Below, in pieces: positions 1-9,353 of a stretch of 64,000 bases of DNA (its first letter is position 1; the number at the start of each line of letters is the position of its first letter). A program made the position numbers and the translations under genes. The notes beneath the pieces are model-generated. The model ran no database searches and was not told the DNA's origin. It saw only the letters and a program-made list of their open reading frames with translations. The stretch is taken from contig CAWJTV010000009.1 of assembly GCA_963845755.1 (NCBI GenBank), positions 256,001 to 320,000 on the forward strand, read 5' to 3'. Origin of the DNA: an uncultured Planctomycetota bacterium (GTDB taxonomy: Bacteria > Planctomycetota > Planctomycetia > Isosphaerales > Isosphaeraceae).

Positions 1-821
1 GGATCCAGAAAGCGCTATCCCCAACCAGCAGGAGGATCAAGGGTATCAGCGTTCCCCCAACGAAGGTGAGCGCCAAGGTAACGTAAACATGCCGGTCGCG
101 GTAGAGTCGCGAAAGAGTCTTGCGAAGCTCCGAGAATAACAGACTCGCTGGAATGATGTTGAGTAAGAGCAGCATCATGAGAACAGCGCGGAGAGCGGCG
201 GCGGCCCGCGCATGGCCGGTTAGAATCGACACGGCGAGCATCTCCGCGCAGCCCAGCATGAGCGCGGAATTAGCCATCCAACCGCCCAGCCATCGGGCGT
301 CCTTCCAGCCCGGCTGCGAGCTCGTGCTGAAGAGCACTCCCTTGTAGGCGAGAGATCCGAAGGCGGGCAGGATCCCGACGATCACGGCCAACTTACGCAC
401 CCATTCGAGCTCGATCGACCCGGGTGGCAGCAGGTTGAGTGCTTGTGTCGCCTCGATCGCCACGATCAACGTCAGCGGCAACGAATAGGCGGTGAGACTC
501 CATGTACCCAACGACATGGGGGAAGTCGGCTTGAACACTCGCAGCATGTGGTGGAACCGGAGCGGGTCGCCCAGGTCGAGCACCAGCATCGTCAGATCGG
601 TGAGCAAGAGGACGAGCGCGACGGGATACGCCGCCTTGGCCACGGGGGCCAGTAACCCCGGCGACCCCAGCTCGCCGACGGCGGCGAACAGGAAGAGGCC
701 GGTTGTCAGGTTGTTGAAGAGCAGATCCCAGGCGACGAGCCCATGCCAGCCCGGGACCTTGGTCACGTCCTGGGTTGGATAGCCGAGGCTCGATCGGTCG
801 CGCCTGGTCGTCGCCCCGCAT
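1..821 (-). CDS. nrfD: NrfD/PsrC-family polysulfide-reductase-type membrane anchor; runs off the window, with frameshifts
   Basis: After a shift near 780 the minus frame reads YPTQDVTKVPGWHGLVAWDLLFNNLTTGLF...LVLDLGDPLRFHHMLRVFKPTSPMSLGTW, containing the NrfD DLGxP/SPMSxG motif. It lies directly downstream of the FeS subunit. Confidence 0.8.
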
Positions 822-822
822 G

Positions 823-1831
823 TCACCTTCCCTGGAAGAATAGCACCACGAGGATCGCGGCGACCGTGGCCAGTCCGCTCACGATGGTGCGGCACGTAAT
901 CCCCGAGCATGTGGAGCCACGGATTGAAGGGAGCTTCCGGGAGTCCATAGATGGCCGGGATGATCGATGAGGAGATAGAACGAATGGAGTTCGGAGTAAG
1001 TCTCGGTGGGCTCGTCGCCGTAGAGGTACGCTCCCGTGACGCCCCGTGCGTGAAGCTCCTTCACTCGGTTCCGTGCCCGCTCGCGCAGCTCATCGATCGG
1101 CCCGAACTGGATCGACGCGGTCGGGCAGGCCTTGCGCAGGCCGGGACAAGGCCGTCCTTCTGGCGGTCGTAGCAGAGCGTGCACTTGTGCGAATGGCCGT
1201 CGAAGTCGCTGCGCGTGATCACCCCGAACGGGCACGACGCGATGCAGTACGAGCAGCCGTTGCAGATGTCGCGCTGGATGTAGACGTTCGCGAACTCGTT
1301 ATAAATTATGGCGCCCGTGGGGCACGCGTGCTGGCAGGGGGCGGCGACGCAGTGCTTGCAGACGTCGCTCATCATCAGCCAGCGACCGGCCCCGCCCCCG
1401 TTCACCAACTGGTCGAGGGTCAGCTCGTGGCTCGTGGCTGCGGGGTGCAGCAACTGGTCGAGGGTCAGCTCGTGGCTCGTGGCCGCGGGGGCGGTCGCGT
1501 CGTGGACCGCGGGCCGTCCGTTCGCGGCGAACTGCTCGATGAACTTCACATGCCGCCAGGACGAGGCGGAGAGCTCCGCCGTATTGTCGTAGCTGTTGCC
1601 GGTCCATTCGAGCCCGTCTGCCGCGAGCTGATTCCACTGCTTGCAGGCGACCTCGCACGACTTGCAGCCGATGCAGACCGTGGTATCGGTGTAGAAGCCG
1701 GTGGACGGATGGGGCTGAACATGACCGCGCCGGAACGGCCAGGTGAGGCGATTGACGATGGCGGATAGCGGGCCGACGGGCGGGTCGCTGGACTGCGACA
1801 GGTCCGCCAGCTCGAGTTCTCTAATGCCCAT
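823..1831 (-). CDS. fdnH: Formate dehydrogenase iron-sulfur (beta) subunit, 4x[4Fe-4S], with a C-terminal TM helix; frameshifts near the 3' end
   Basis: Motifs DTTVCIGCKSCEVACKQWN, CKHCVAAPCQHACP, CNGCSYCIASCPFG and KCTLCYDR. The reading ends TIVSGLATVAAILVVLFFQGR* at 823. Confidence 0.9.
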
Positions 1832-4800
1832 GGGTGAATATCCCTTCCGGCTGGGCCGACTCTGGCGTGTTGGGAATCGGCGCGCGGGTCGGCCAGGTCA
1901 CGAATGACACGGTCGGCCGCAAAGTGTGCCCGCTGCGTCGACCGGGTTCGACCTGGCAGCCGAAGGACTTTCCCTCGTGCATGCTCGTGTTCTGCTCGCA
2001 GACCAGGGAGGTCAGGTCGTTGGCATTGCCTCCGACGACCTGTCCGGCGAATCCCCAGTGGAATGGGAGACCAACCTGGTGGATCACCCGCCCGTTGAAC
2101 GACGAGCGGACGCATCCTCCGGGTCACCATGGCACGCACCTCGATGCGGCCACGCGCCGAGCTGACTGTCACCCAGCCGCCGTGGACGATCCCGCGCTCG
2201 TCGGCCAGTTCCGGGCTGAGTTCGACGAACATCTCCGGCTGCAATTCATTGAGCCAGGAGTTGAACCGGCTCATCGGCCCGCTCAGGTAGTGCTCGGTGA
2301 GTCGGTACGTGGTAGCCACCACGGGGAACTCGGTCTCGGGCGTGTGTACCAGACGGTTGCGAGGGCCTGGGAAGATGCGCACACCCGGTGTGCACATGTG
2401 CCCGGGATAAAGTAGGTTGCCGACCGGCGACTCGAGGGGCTCGTAGTGCGTCGGCAGAGGACCGTCCTTGACGCCGGTAGGGGCGAAGAGCCAGGCGACG
2501 CCGTCGGGCTTCATGATGAACGGGTTGTCGCCAGCGATGGCCGCCATCCCGATCGCGCCGGGCGCCGGGCGATAGTCGGGGGGCTTGCTCGGCTCGAAGT
2601 CCGGCCGGTCGAGACCCACCCAAAGGTGCTTCTCGGCATCCCACCAGACGAGCTTCTTCCGCTCCGACCAGGGCCGGCCCTCGGGATCGGCCGAGGCGCG
2701 GTTGAAGAGGACGCGGCGGTTGTCCGGCCAGGCGAACCCCCAGTCCGGCTCGAGTGGATTGTCCGAACGCCGGCGCTCGCGCGCCCGGTTGCGGCCGTGC
2801 TCGGGGGTGACTCCGCTGTAAATCCAGATGCCGCAGGCCGTCGTCCCGTCGTCCTTCAGCTCCGAGAAACCGGTCAGCAGACGCGGTCGACCGGTGCGCG
2901 GGTCGACCTCGTCGAGCTTGTACCCGTTCATCTCCATCAGGACTTTTTCGGCGTCAACATCGTCCGCGATGCGGCTGATCGAGCCATCGGGGAGCCGCGG
3001 CGGTTCGTCGTAGTCGTACTCCCAGGTGAGGTTGAGCAGTGGCTGATCCTTGGGATCGGTCGAGCCGGCATAACGTTGCCGGAGCCGCTTGCCGAGGTTG
3101 TAGACGAACCAGGAATCGGAGCGGCAATCACCGGGCGGGTCGATCGCCTTGGTGTGCCATTGAAGCAGCCGCTGCGTATTGGTCAGGGTCCCGTCGGTTT
3201 CCGGATTGGCCGCAGCCGGGATGAGGAAGACCTCGGTCTTGATCTCGGAAGGTGGCGGGCCGTTCGGGTCGTTCTTCCAGAAAGTGGCGCTCTCGGTCTC
3301 GAACCAGTCGAGCACGACGAGCCATTCCAGGTTGCGGAGGCCCGCACGGTGCAGCCCCGCGTTCAGGCCGCCGCCTCCCGGGTTCTGGCCGAAGAGGAAG
3401 TAGCCCTTCAGCTCGCCGCGGGACATGCGGTTGAAGGTCGGCAGTTGCGAGTGGTCGCACTCGATGCGCGGCAGCCAGCCGTACCGGAAGTCGTTCTCCG
3501 GTCGGGCGACGTCCCCGTACCACGCCTTGAGCAGGCTGACGATGTATTCGCGGAAGTGGGACCAGTAGCCGGCGGCCATGCCGTCGTGCGCGACGTAGGA
3601 ATCCAGCGTGTCATGGGCCTCGTCGGCCGCGGGCTGCGGCAGATAGCCGGGCAGGACATCATAGAGGGTCCCGACGTCCGTCGAGCCCTGGATGCTGGAA
3701 TGGCCCCGCATGGCCAGGATGCCGCCGCCCGGCCGGCCGATGTTGCCGAGCAGGAGCTGCATGATGCCCCCCGCGCGGATCATCTGGGCGCCGGTGGCAT
3801 GCTGGGTCCAGCCCAGGGCGTAGACCAGGACGCTCGTCCGTTCGCGACCGGAGTTGGCGCAGAGCAGTTCGGCGACCCGCGCGAACTCCTCCGGCGAGCA
3901 TCCGCACACCTGAGAAACCATCTCCGGGGTATACCGGGAGAAGTGGCGTTTCAGGATCTGGAAGACGCAACGGGGGTGCTGCAAGGTCGGGTCGCGTGCC
4001 GGCTGGTCGTCGGGTTTGGATGTCATCTCCGATCGCGATCCAGTGTGCGGCCGGGCCCCGCCATCGATGGCGTAGCCGTGGACCCCCTTGCGGTGCTCCG
4101 TCGAGAGCCCCGGCGAGGCGGTCGGATCGACCAGACGCTCCTCGGCGCGGCCGCTGGGCGAGCCCTCGTAGCCCCAGCGTCCGCTCACCACGTCATAGAC
4201 GCCGGTCTCCGGGTCAAGTCCGCTGAACAGTCCGTCCAGGTCCTCGGTGTCCTGGAAGCCCTCCTGGATCAGGGTCGCCGCATTCGTGTAATGCAAAACG
4301 TAATCCTTGAACCAACGGTCATGGGTCAAGATATAGTTAATAACTCCGCCGAGGAACGCGATGTCGGAGCCGGCCCGGATCGGCACGTAGAGGTCGCAAA
4401 GTGCCGACGTCCGCGAGAAATGCGGGTCGACGTGGATCAACGTGGCGCCGCGTTCCTTGGCCTTCATGGGCCAGCGGAAGCCGACGGGGTGGGCCTCCGC
4501 CATGTTCGAGCCCATGAACAAGATGCAATCGCTATTCGGCAGATCCTGCTGGTAATTGGTGGCCGCGCCGCGGCCGAGCGAGGCGCCCAGACCGGGCACC
4601 GAGGCGGAGTGTCAGGTTCGGGCCTGATTCTCGACGGAGACCACTCCGAGGCCGCCGGTGAACAGCTTCTTGATCAGGTAGTTATCTTCGATGTTCAGGG
4701 TGGCACCGCCGAGCGTCCCCATGTTCCTCACCGAATTCAGCGTGCGACCTTCCGGATCGCGCACCGTGAAGTCGGCGTCCCGCGCCGCCTTGACGCGGAG

Positions 4801-5161
4801 GGCGATCTGGTCGAGCGCCCAGTCGAGGGTTCGGGTCTCCCATTTTTCGGAGTAGGGAGCCCGGTAGAGGACCGTCTTCACCCGGTGCGGGTTGACGGCC
4901 AGGAGCAACGCGTTCGAACCCTTCGGGCAAAGTGTGCCCTCATTGATCGGGCTGCGCGGGTCTCCCTCGATATCGATGAGCTGGCCAGCCTTGGTGTAGA
5001 TGAGCTGGCTGCAGCCGACGGCGCAGATAGGGGCAGAGGCCGTCCGTCACGGTCGCGCCGCGCAGCCGCGAGGCCTTCTCCGCCGTCCGGGGGCTGAGTG
5101 GCTGGGTATGGGGTCGCGACGGTTGCGAGCGGGCCACGAAGGGTAATTTGAACATCGTCAT
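1821..5161 (-). CDS. fdnG: Formate dehydrogenase alpha subunit (Mo/W-bis-PGD), selenocysteine-containing; apparent frameshifts near 5025 and 2095
   Basis: N-terminal CPYCAVGC...LCPKG; active site NQART-U(TGA 4612-4614)-HSASV; MGSNMAEAHPV, GWTQH, AMRGHSSIQG and TTYRLTEHY motifs. Confidence 0.92.
4582..4614 (-). promoter_or_regulatory. Sec UGA codon plus bacterial SECIS hairpin
   Basis: Minus strand reads TGA + 11 nt (CACTCCGCCTC) + stem GGTGCCC / loop GGTCT / GGGCGCC. Spacing and loop resemble the E. coli fdhF SECIS. Confidence 0.88.
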
Positions 5162-5177
5162 CCCCTTAATTTTACTG

Positions 5178-5239
5178 GCTGTTTCAAAACGGGGACTGGC
5201 TCCGAGTCTTCGAGGTGCCTGGCCCCCTTTTGAAACAGC
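5178..5239. repeat. Palindromic REP/MITE-like hairpin repeat, copy 1 of 3
   Basis: GCTGTTTCAAAA-CGGGGACTGGCTCCGAGTCTTCGAGGTGCCTGGCCCCC-TTTTGAAACAGC; near-identical to 41529-41590. Confidence 0.9.
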
Positions 5240-5474
5240 TTTTTAACGCAGAGCGGGAATCAATAATCGATTGCTTCCACGTCGAGGATCGAGACGAAAC
5301 CTCCAACGAGCGTCTCAGTCTACTCCGGTGCGAGACGATCCGAAAGGCCGAGGCTTCGTTCAAGCCCGGCAGCGGAGTAGCGGCCGAACAGGGCCAAGGC
5401 TTCGTCCCACGAGATGGGCGACATCTTTGTCGCTCGCGGCGTCGAAGGTCCGGGCTCGCTGACCATGTTCGGGA

Positions 5475-5972
5475 TCATCGGATATCCGGGATGCCGGGAT
5501 GGTCCGCGGGTCGGGGGCCGGGGGCCGGCCAAAAGAAGCTGCGGTCCTGCTCGCGGATCGGAACGTCGTTGATACTCGCCTCACGGCGGCGCATCAGCCC
5601 CGACTCGTCGAATTCCCACAGCTCGTTGCCGTAGCTGCGGAACCAGTTACCCGCGTCGTCGTGCCACTCGTAGCGGAAGCGGACGGCGATGCGGTCGTCG
5701 GTGAATGCCCAGAGCGCCTTGGCCAGCCGGTAGTCGAGCTCCCGAGCCCACTTGCCGGCGAGGAAAGCCCGGATCTGGTCGCGGCCAGTCACGAACTCGC
5801 CGCGGTTCCGCCAGGCCGAGTCCTCAGTGTAGGCGAGGGCCACGCGGGCCGGGTCGCGCGAGTTCCAGGCATCCTCGGCCGCACGTACTTTCCGGACGGC
5901 CGACTCCGGCGTGAACGGCGGGACGATCGCCGAGGGCGTTCGGGTCGTGGGTGTCATCGATGTGGTCTCCAT
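5475..5972 (-). CDS. DUF1348 / NTF2-like (SnoaL-like) protein
   Basis: [24 protein letters not shown]...WRNR...[23 protein letters not shown]. Confidence 0.9.
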   Translation of the reverse strand: METTSMTPTTRTPSAIVPPFTPESAVRKVRAAEDAWNSRDPARVALAYTEDSAWRNRGEFVTGRDQIRAFLAGKWARELDYRLAKALWAFTDDRIAVRFRYEWHDDAGNWFRSYGNELWEFDESGLMRRREASINDVPIREQDRSFFWPAPGPRPADHPGIPDIR

Positions 5973-6038
5973 CTCGGGAATCGCGGCCGGCGAAGCTGAG
6001 ACGTCCGCGCCGCCAATTGTTCGCGCAGCCAGCCGCCG

Positions 6039-6250
6039 TCACAGTTGCAGCCAGAGCGCCACCAGGTCTTGCTTCTCCTCCTTCGACGGCTTCAATGCTA
6101 ATACAAGGTTGAAAAACTCGACAGTGTCCTCCAGGTTCAGGCAGCGGCCGTCGTGCAGGTACGGCGGACAATCCTTGATGCCGCGCAGCGTGAAGCTCTT
6201 GATCGGGCCGTCTCCTGTCTCACCTTTCAGGAATCCCTCCATTCGTGTCA
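6039..6250 (-). pseudogene. C-terminal fragment of a cytochrome c peroxidase-like protein
   Basis: GPIKSFTLRGIKDCPPYLHDGRCLNLEDTVEFFNLVL; no N-terminal part or haem motif is present. Confidence 0.65.
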
Positions 6251-6336
6251 AGAAAGTCGCAATCCGCGGGTTACGAATCCGCGCACCAGTTGATGAGCGT
6301 AGCAGAGTGGACATCGAGATTGATTAACGGCACCGG

Positions 6337-6975
6337 TCAGCCGCCGAGCGGGTTGGCGGCGATGAAGTCGCAGAAGTTCGGCCGGCGGTAGCCAGGCAGT
6401 GTCCGTTCGAGCACGTCGGAGTTCATCGTGCCGAATGTCGTCACGGGCTTGTGGGCGAAGCCGTCGGTGAACGCCTGGACGATCCCACGCTTGAAGTCGA
6501 TTCGCGGGTATGCGGCAAGTACGGCGTCCCGGTCGCCAGCCAGGATCTCGCCGAGCCCATCGCCGAGGACATCCGCCTCGACCCCGCCCGTGATGAGCGC
6601 GATCTCCGGCCGCTTGTGCCAGGGGATTTCCGGCGTCGTGTGAAGGGCGATCGCGTCCCATACGATCCCGACCGACGCTTCGTCGATGCCGTTGGACCGC
6701 AGGAATTCTCGGGCCGCGTTCGCACTATCAATCTCGAACCGGTGGTCCTGACTGCGATACTTCGCGGTGAGCCCGAGGTCGTGGAATACCGCCCCGAAGT
6801 ACAGTAACTCGTGATCGAACGTCAGCCCACGGTGACAGCCCCGGATCGCTCCGAACAGGTAAACCCTCAGCGAATGGGCGAGCAGCAGCGCCGTGCCGTG
6901 TTCCCGTAGCAGGTCGGTCGCCTCCCGGGCCAACTTGCTGTCGGGGATTCGAATTCCCGCGATGACTTCAGACAT
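6337..6975 (-). CDS. HD-domain phosphohydrolase (cyanamide hydratase-like)
   Basis: HSLRVYLFG, FHDLGL, RFEIDSANAA and WDAIALHTTP motifs. Confidence 0.88.
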   Translation of the reverse strand: MSEVIAGIRIPDSKLAREATDLLREHGTALLLAHSLRVYLFGAIRGCHRGLTFDHELLYFGAVFHDLGLTAKYRSQDHRFEIDSANAAREFLRSNGIDEASVGIVWDAIALHTTPEIPWHKRPEIALITGGVEADVLGDGLGEILAGDRDAVLAAYPRIDFKRGIVQAFTDGFAHKPVTTFGTMNSDVLERTLPGYRRPNFCDFIAANPLGG

Positions 6976-7054
6976 GATCCCACTCCAAGAAAGAAATACT
7001 CGATGTCACCCCCGGTGGGCGGGTCCGACGGGACCTGGACGTTGACGGCCGCGT

Positions 7055-7501
7055 TCACGGTGGAGGCGAGCCAGCACCAATGAGTCTTGTGTCAATCTGG
7101 GCTCGGGAAACCAGCGTGCGATGAACCGGACATTTGTCGGCGATCTCCAACAGTTTGCGTTGTTGCTCCTCGGATAGATCCCCGGCGAAGGAGATCCCCA
7201 CTTCAATACGATCGACCATCCCGACCTTGGTCTCGCACTCAGCACAATCCTCAGCATGGACTCTCGCGTAGGACAGGCTGACTTGGACTCCCTGAAGAGG
7301 CCACTGTTTCCGCTCGGCATACATTCGAACCGTCATGCTGGTACATGCCCCCAGCGCGGCCAGGAGCAACTCATACGGGTTGGGACCCGCATCATTGCCA
7401 CCGAACTCGTTCGGTTCGTCCGCCTGAAGCACGTGAGGCCCAACGGATATGATCTGATCATATCTCGAATTTCCGGAATTGACGCGCACACCTCTGGGCA
7501 T
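7055..7501 (-). CDS. OsmC/Ohr-family protein
   Basis: ADEP..GG.DAGPNPYELLLAALGACTSMTVRMYA...IADKCPVHRTL. Confidence 0.9.
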   Translation of the reverse strand: MPRGVRVNSGNSRYDQIISVGPHVLQADEPNEFGGNDAGPNPYELLLAALGACTSMTVRMYAERKQWPLQGVQVSLSYARVHAEDCAECETKVGMVDRIEVGISFAGDLSEEQQRKLLEIADKCPVHRTLVSRAQIDTRLIGAGSPPP

Positions 7502-7514
7502 GGTCTCTCTCCTG

Positions 7515-7780
7515 TATTCGGTTGCCCGGTCATGCTCAGGATCCCGCCCATGTCCTGCACGATCTTGCCATAGGCGGCCTACTTCGAGTAGGGTCTGGTG
7601 TCGCCGAACCCCGAGGTTGCCCCGTAGATAAGGTTCGGGTATTTGGCGTGCAAGGTCTCCCAGCCGTAGCCGAGCTTTTTCATCGTTCCGGGCCGGACGT
7701 TCTCAACCAGGACCTCGGCGATGCCGACGATCCCCTCGAAGATTTCGCGGTCGGGGGCCGGTTTCAGGTTGAGGGCGATT
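7515..7780 (-). pseudogene. Internal remnant of a family III CoA-transferase (CaiB/BaiF)
   Basis: IALNLKP...AEVLVENVRPGTMKKLGYGWETLHAKYP...GFGDTRPYSK*AAYGKIVQDMGGILSMTGQP, with an in-frame stop. Confidence 0.7.
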
Positions 7781-8159
7781 ACTCGCGTCGGCCGTCATAC
7801 TCTTAAGCGTGGCAAGGAGTCAATGGGCGCGATGAACTCGGTGCCGAGGCGGATTCGCCGCTATCCCGGTTGCCCGCCTGGTCGAAGGCCACACCACCGG
7901 CGTCGTGCAGCATATCAAGATCACATCTCGGGACTGGTCGGTCGGGAAGAGGCAATCCCACGCCGTCCGGGTCGCGATCCGTCCACCCGCTGACTGACTG
8001 AGCAGAGCGGGTGGACATCGTCCCGTATTCGGACTCAGTCCTTCTTGAGCGAGATGAAGGACTCGTGGTGCGGGTGGTAGAACCGGATGTCGAGAGTTCG
8101 CAGGTAGGTGTGCAGGCCGGCGTCCTGGATCGGGATCAGGTGCGCCGGCACCCCGATTC

Positions 8160-8480
8160 GTTGTAGTTACAAGGCGCAAGCGAACCAGGACTACGCGGAG
8201 GCATTCCAGCAGGCCGGGCTGGGAACGATCCATGATCAGCCATCGCGTGTGGCTGCAATGATAGACGCATCGGCCGCGCGCGGGCGCTTGTGGCTGCCGT
8301 GTACGACTGGGCGGTCTGCGCCGCCGACAAGGCACAGCGCGGTTGGCTGTTGGAGGTGGCGCGGCAAACCGACTCGAGCTCGGGCGGCTGGCGCGAGCGC
8401 GTTCTCGATCCGGCCGTATGGGAGGATCGACCGGCGTTGGCGGAATTGGCCCGGACCGCGCCGGTGGCGAGCGAGTCCGT
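8160..8480 (+). pseudogene. Internal fragment of a planctomycete Ser/Thr kinase-TPR protein
   Basis: DYAEAFQQAGL...DWAVCA...WLLEVARQTD...WRERVLDPAVWEDRPALAELA resembles the DHWASVA...[21 protein letters not shown] segment near 59100. Confidence 0.6.
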
Positions 8481-8481
8481 C

Positions 8482-9162
8482 TTAGTCCCTCACCGACGTC
8501 CGTACTGGAATGGTCGAGGTCAATTGGTCGCCGAGTTTGTTGAGCTCGCGGACGACGGCATTCTCCGATCTCTGGCCGCTACGGGAGATCGCCGTGCCCG
8601 TGGACTGCCCCTGTCGGACCAGTTCCGCGAGGGTCGTGAACAGACCGTTGGAGATGTCAACCTCTTCGGTATTCGCCTGTTGATCTGCGAGTCCACGGGC
8701 CACGTCGAGCCCTTGTTCTTCACGGGCGACATCCGCTCCGCCCAGGTCGAGCAATTCGCGATCCCGGCGGATGGCGGCTGCAATCGCATCAGCGTCGTGC
8801 CGGCTCTGACTCTGGTACAGTTTGACGTTCAGTTTATCGATCGCGACGACCGCTCGTCTGGCGAACTGCGCACCGGCTGCCTGGACCTCGCGATAGGAGT
8901 CGCCCAGTGATTGCAGCGTCGTGGCCTGGATGGCCGCGACCTGTTGATAAGCCGCGCCGGCTGGGGACGGGGTCGGGGTCATGTCAGGTTTGGGGCTGAT
9001 GGGCACCGAGTTGGTAGGCGAGGTGCCGGCCAGCACAAGCCGACCTTCGAGGGCTTCGACAACCGGCCCAACCTGCCGACGGCGCCGGTCGCGACGAGAT
9101 TTTGGGCGGGGTAGGTGCCAGGCTCCCGTCAGTCGTGCACCGGCCCTGGTTTGAGCGGCCAT
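8482..9162 (-). CDS. Hypothetical protein with a planctomycete LEPRxLL-type N-terminal motif
   Basis: RRDRRRRQVGPVVEALEGRLVLA followed by a helical region. Confidence 0.65.
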   Translation of the reverse strand: MAAQTRAGARLTGAWHLPRPKSRRDRRRRQVGPVVEALEGRLVLAGTSPTNSVPISPKPDMTPTPSPAGAAYQQVAAIQATTLQSLGDSYREVQAAGAQFARRAVVAIDKLNVKLYQSQSRHDADAIAAAIRRDRELLDLGGADVAREEQGLDVARGLADQQANTEEVDISNGLFTTLAELVRQGQSTGTAISRSGQRSENAVVRELNKLGDQLTSTIPVRTSVRD

Positions 9163-9353
9163 GAGATCATTACCTTCAGTCGTGCCGGGGCGCAAAGGCG
9201 TAATCCACTATGCGGCAGTCTATCATACTCCGAATCGAGCGGGGGATTTGGGAGGAGATCGCCGCCGGCGCCCGGTGTGCCGATTCGGAGGCGAGTGCCT
9301 CGAAGGTTGCCACGCAAGGCGTGACGAACTCGGGTGAGCCAGCGAAAACCGCC

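Noticed and set aside
2446..5097. 883-aa plus-strand ORF, and similar long antisense ORFs such as 51557-53224, 62162-63802 and 15810-17429
   Set aside because: These are shadow frames opposite well-supported genes, as expected in high-GC DNA, and show no recognisable motifs.
7800..8150. Short degenerate ORF pieces
   Set aside because: Could not be assigned to any family from the sequence alone.
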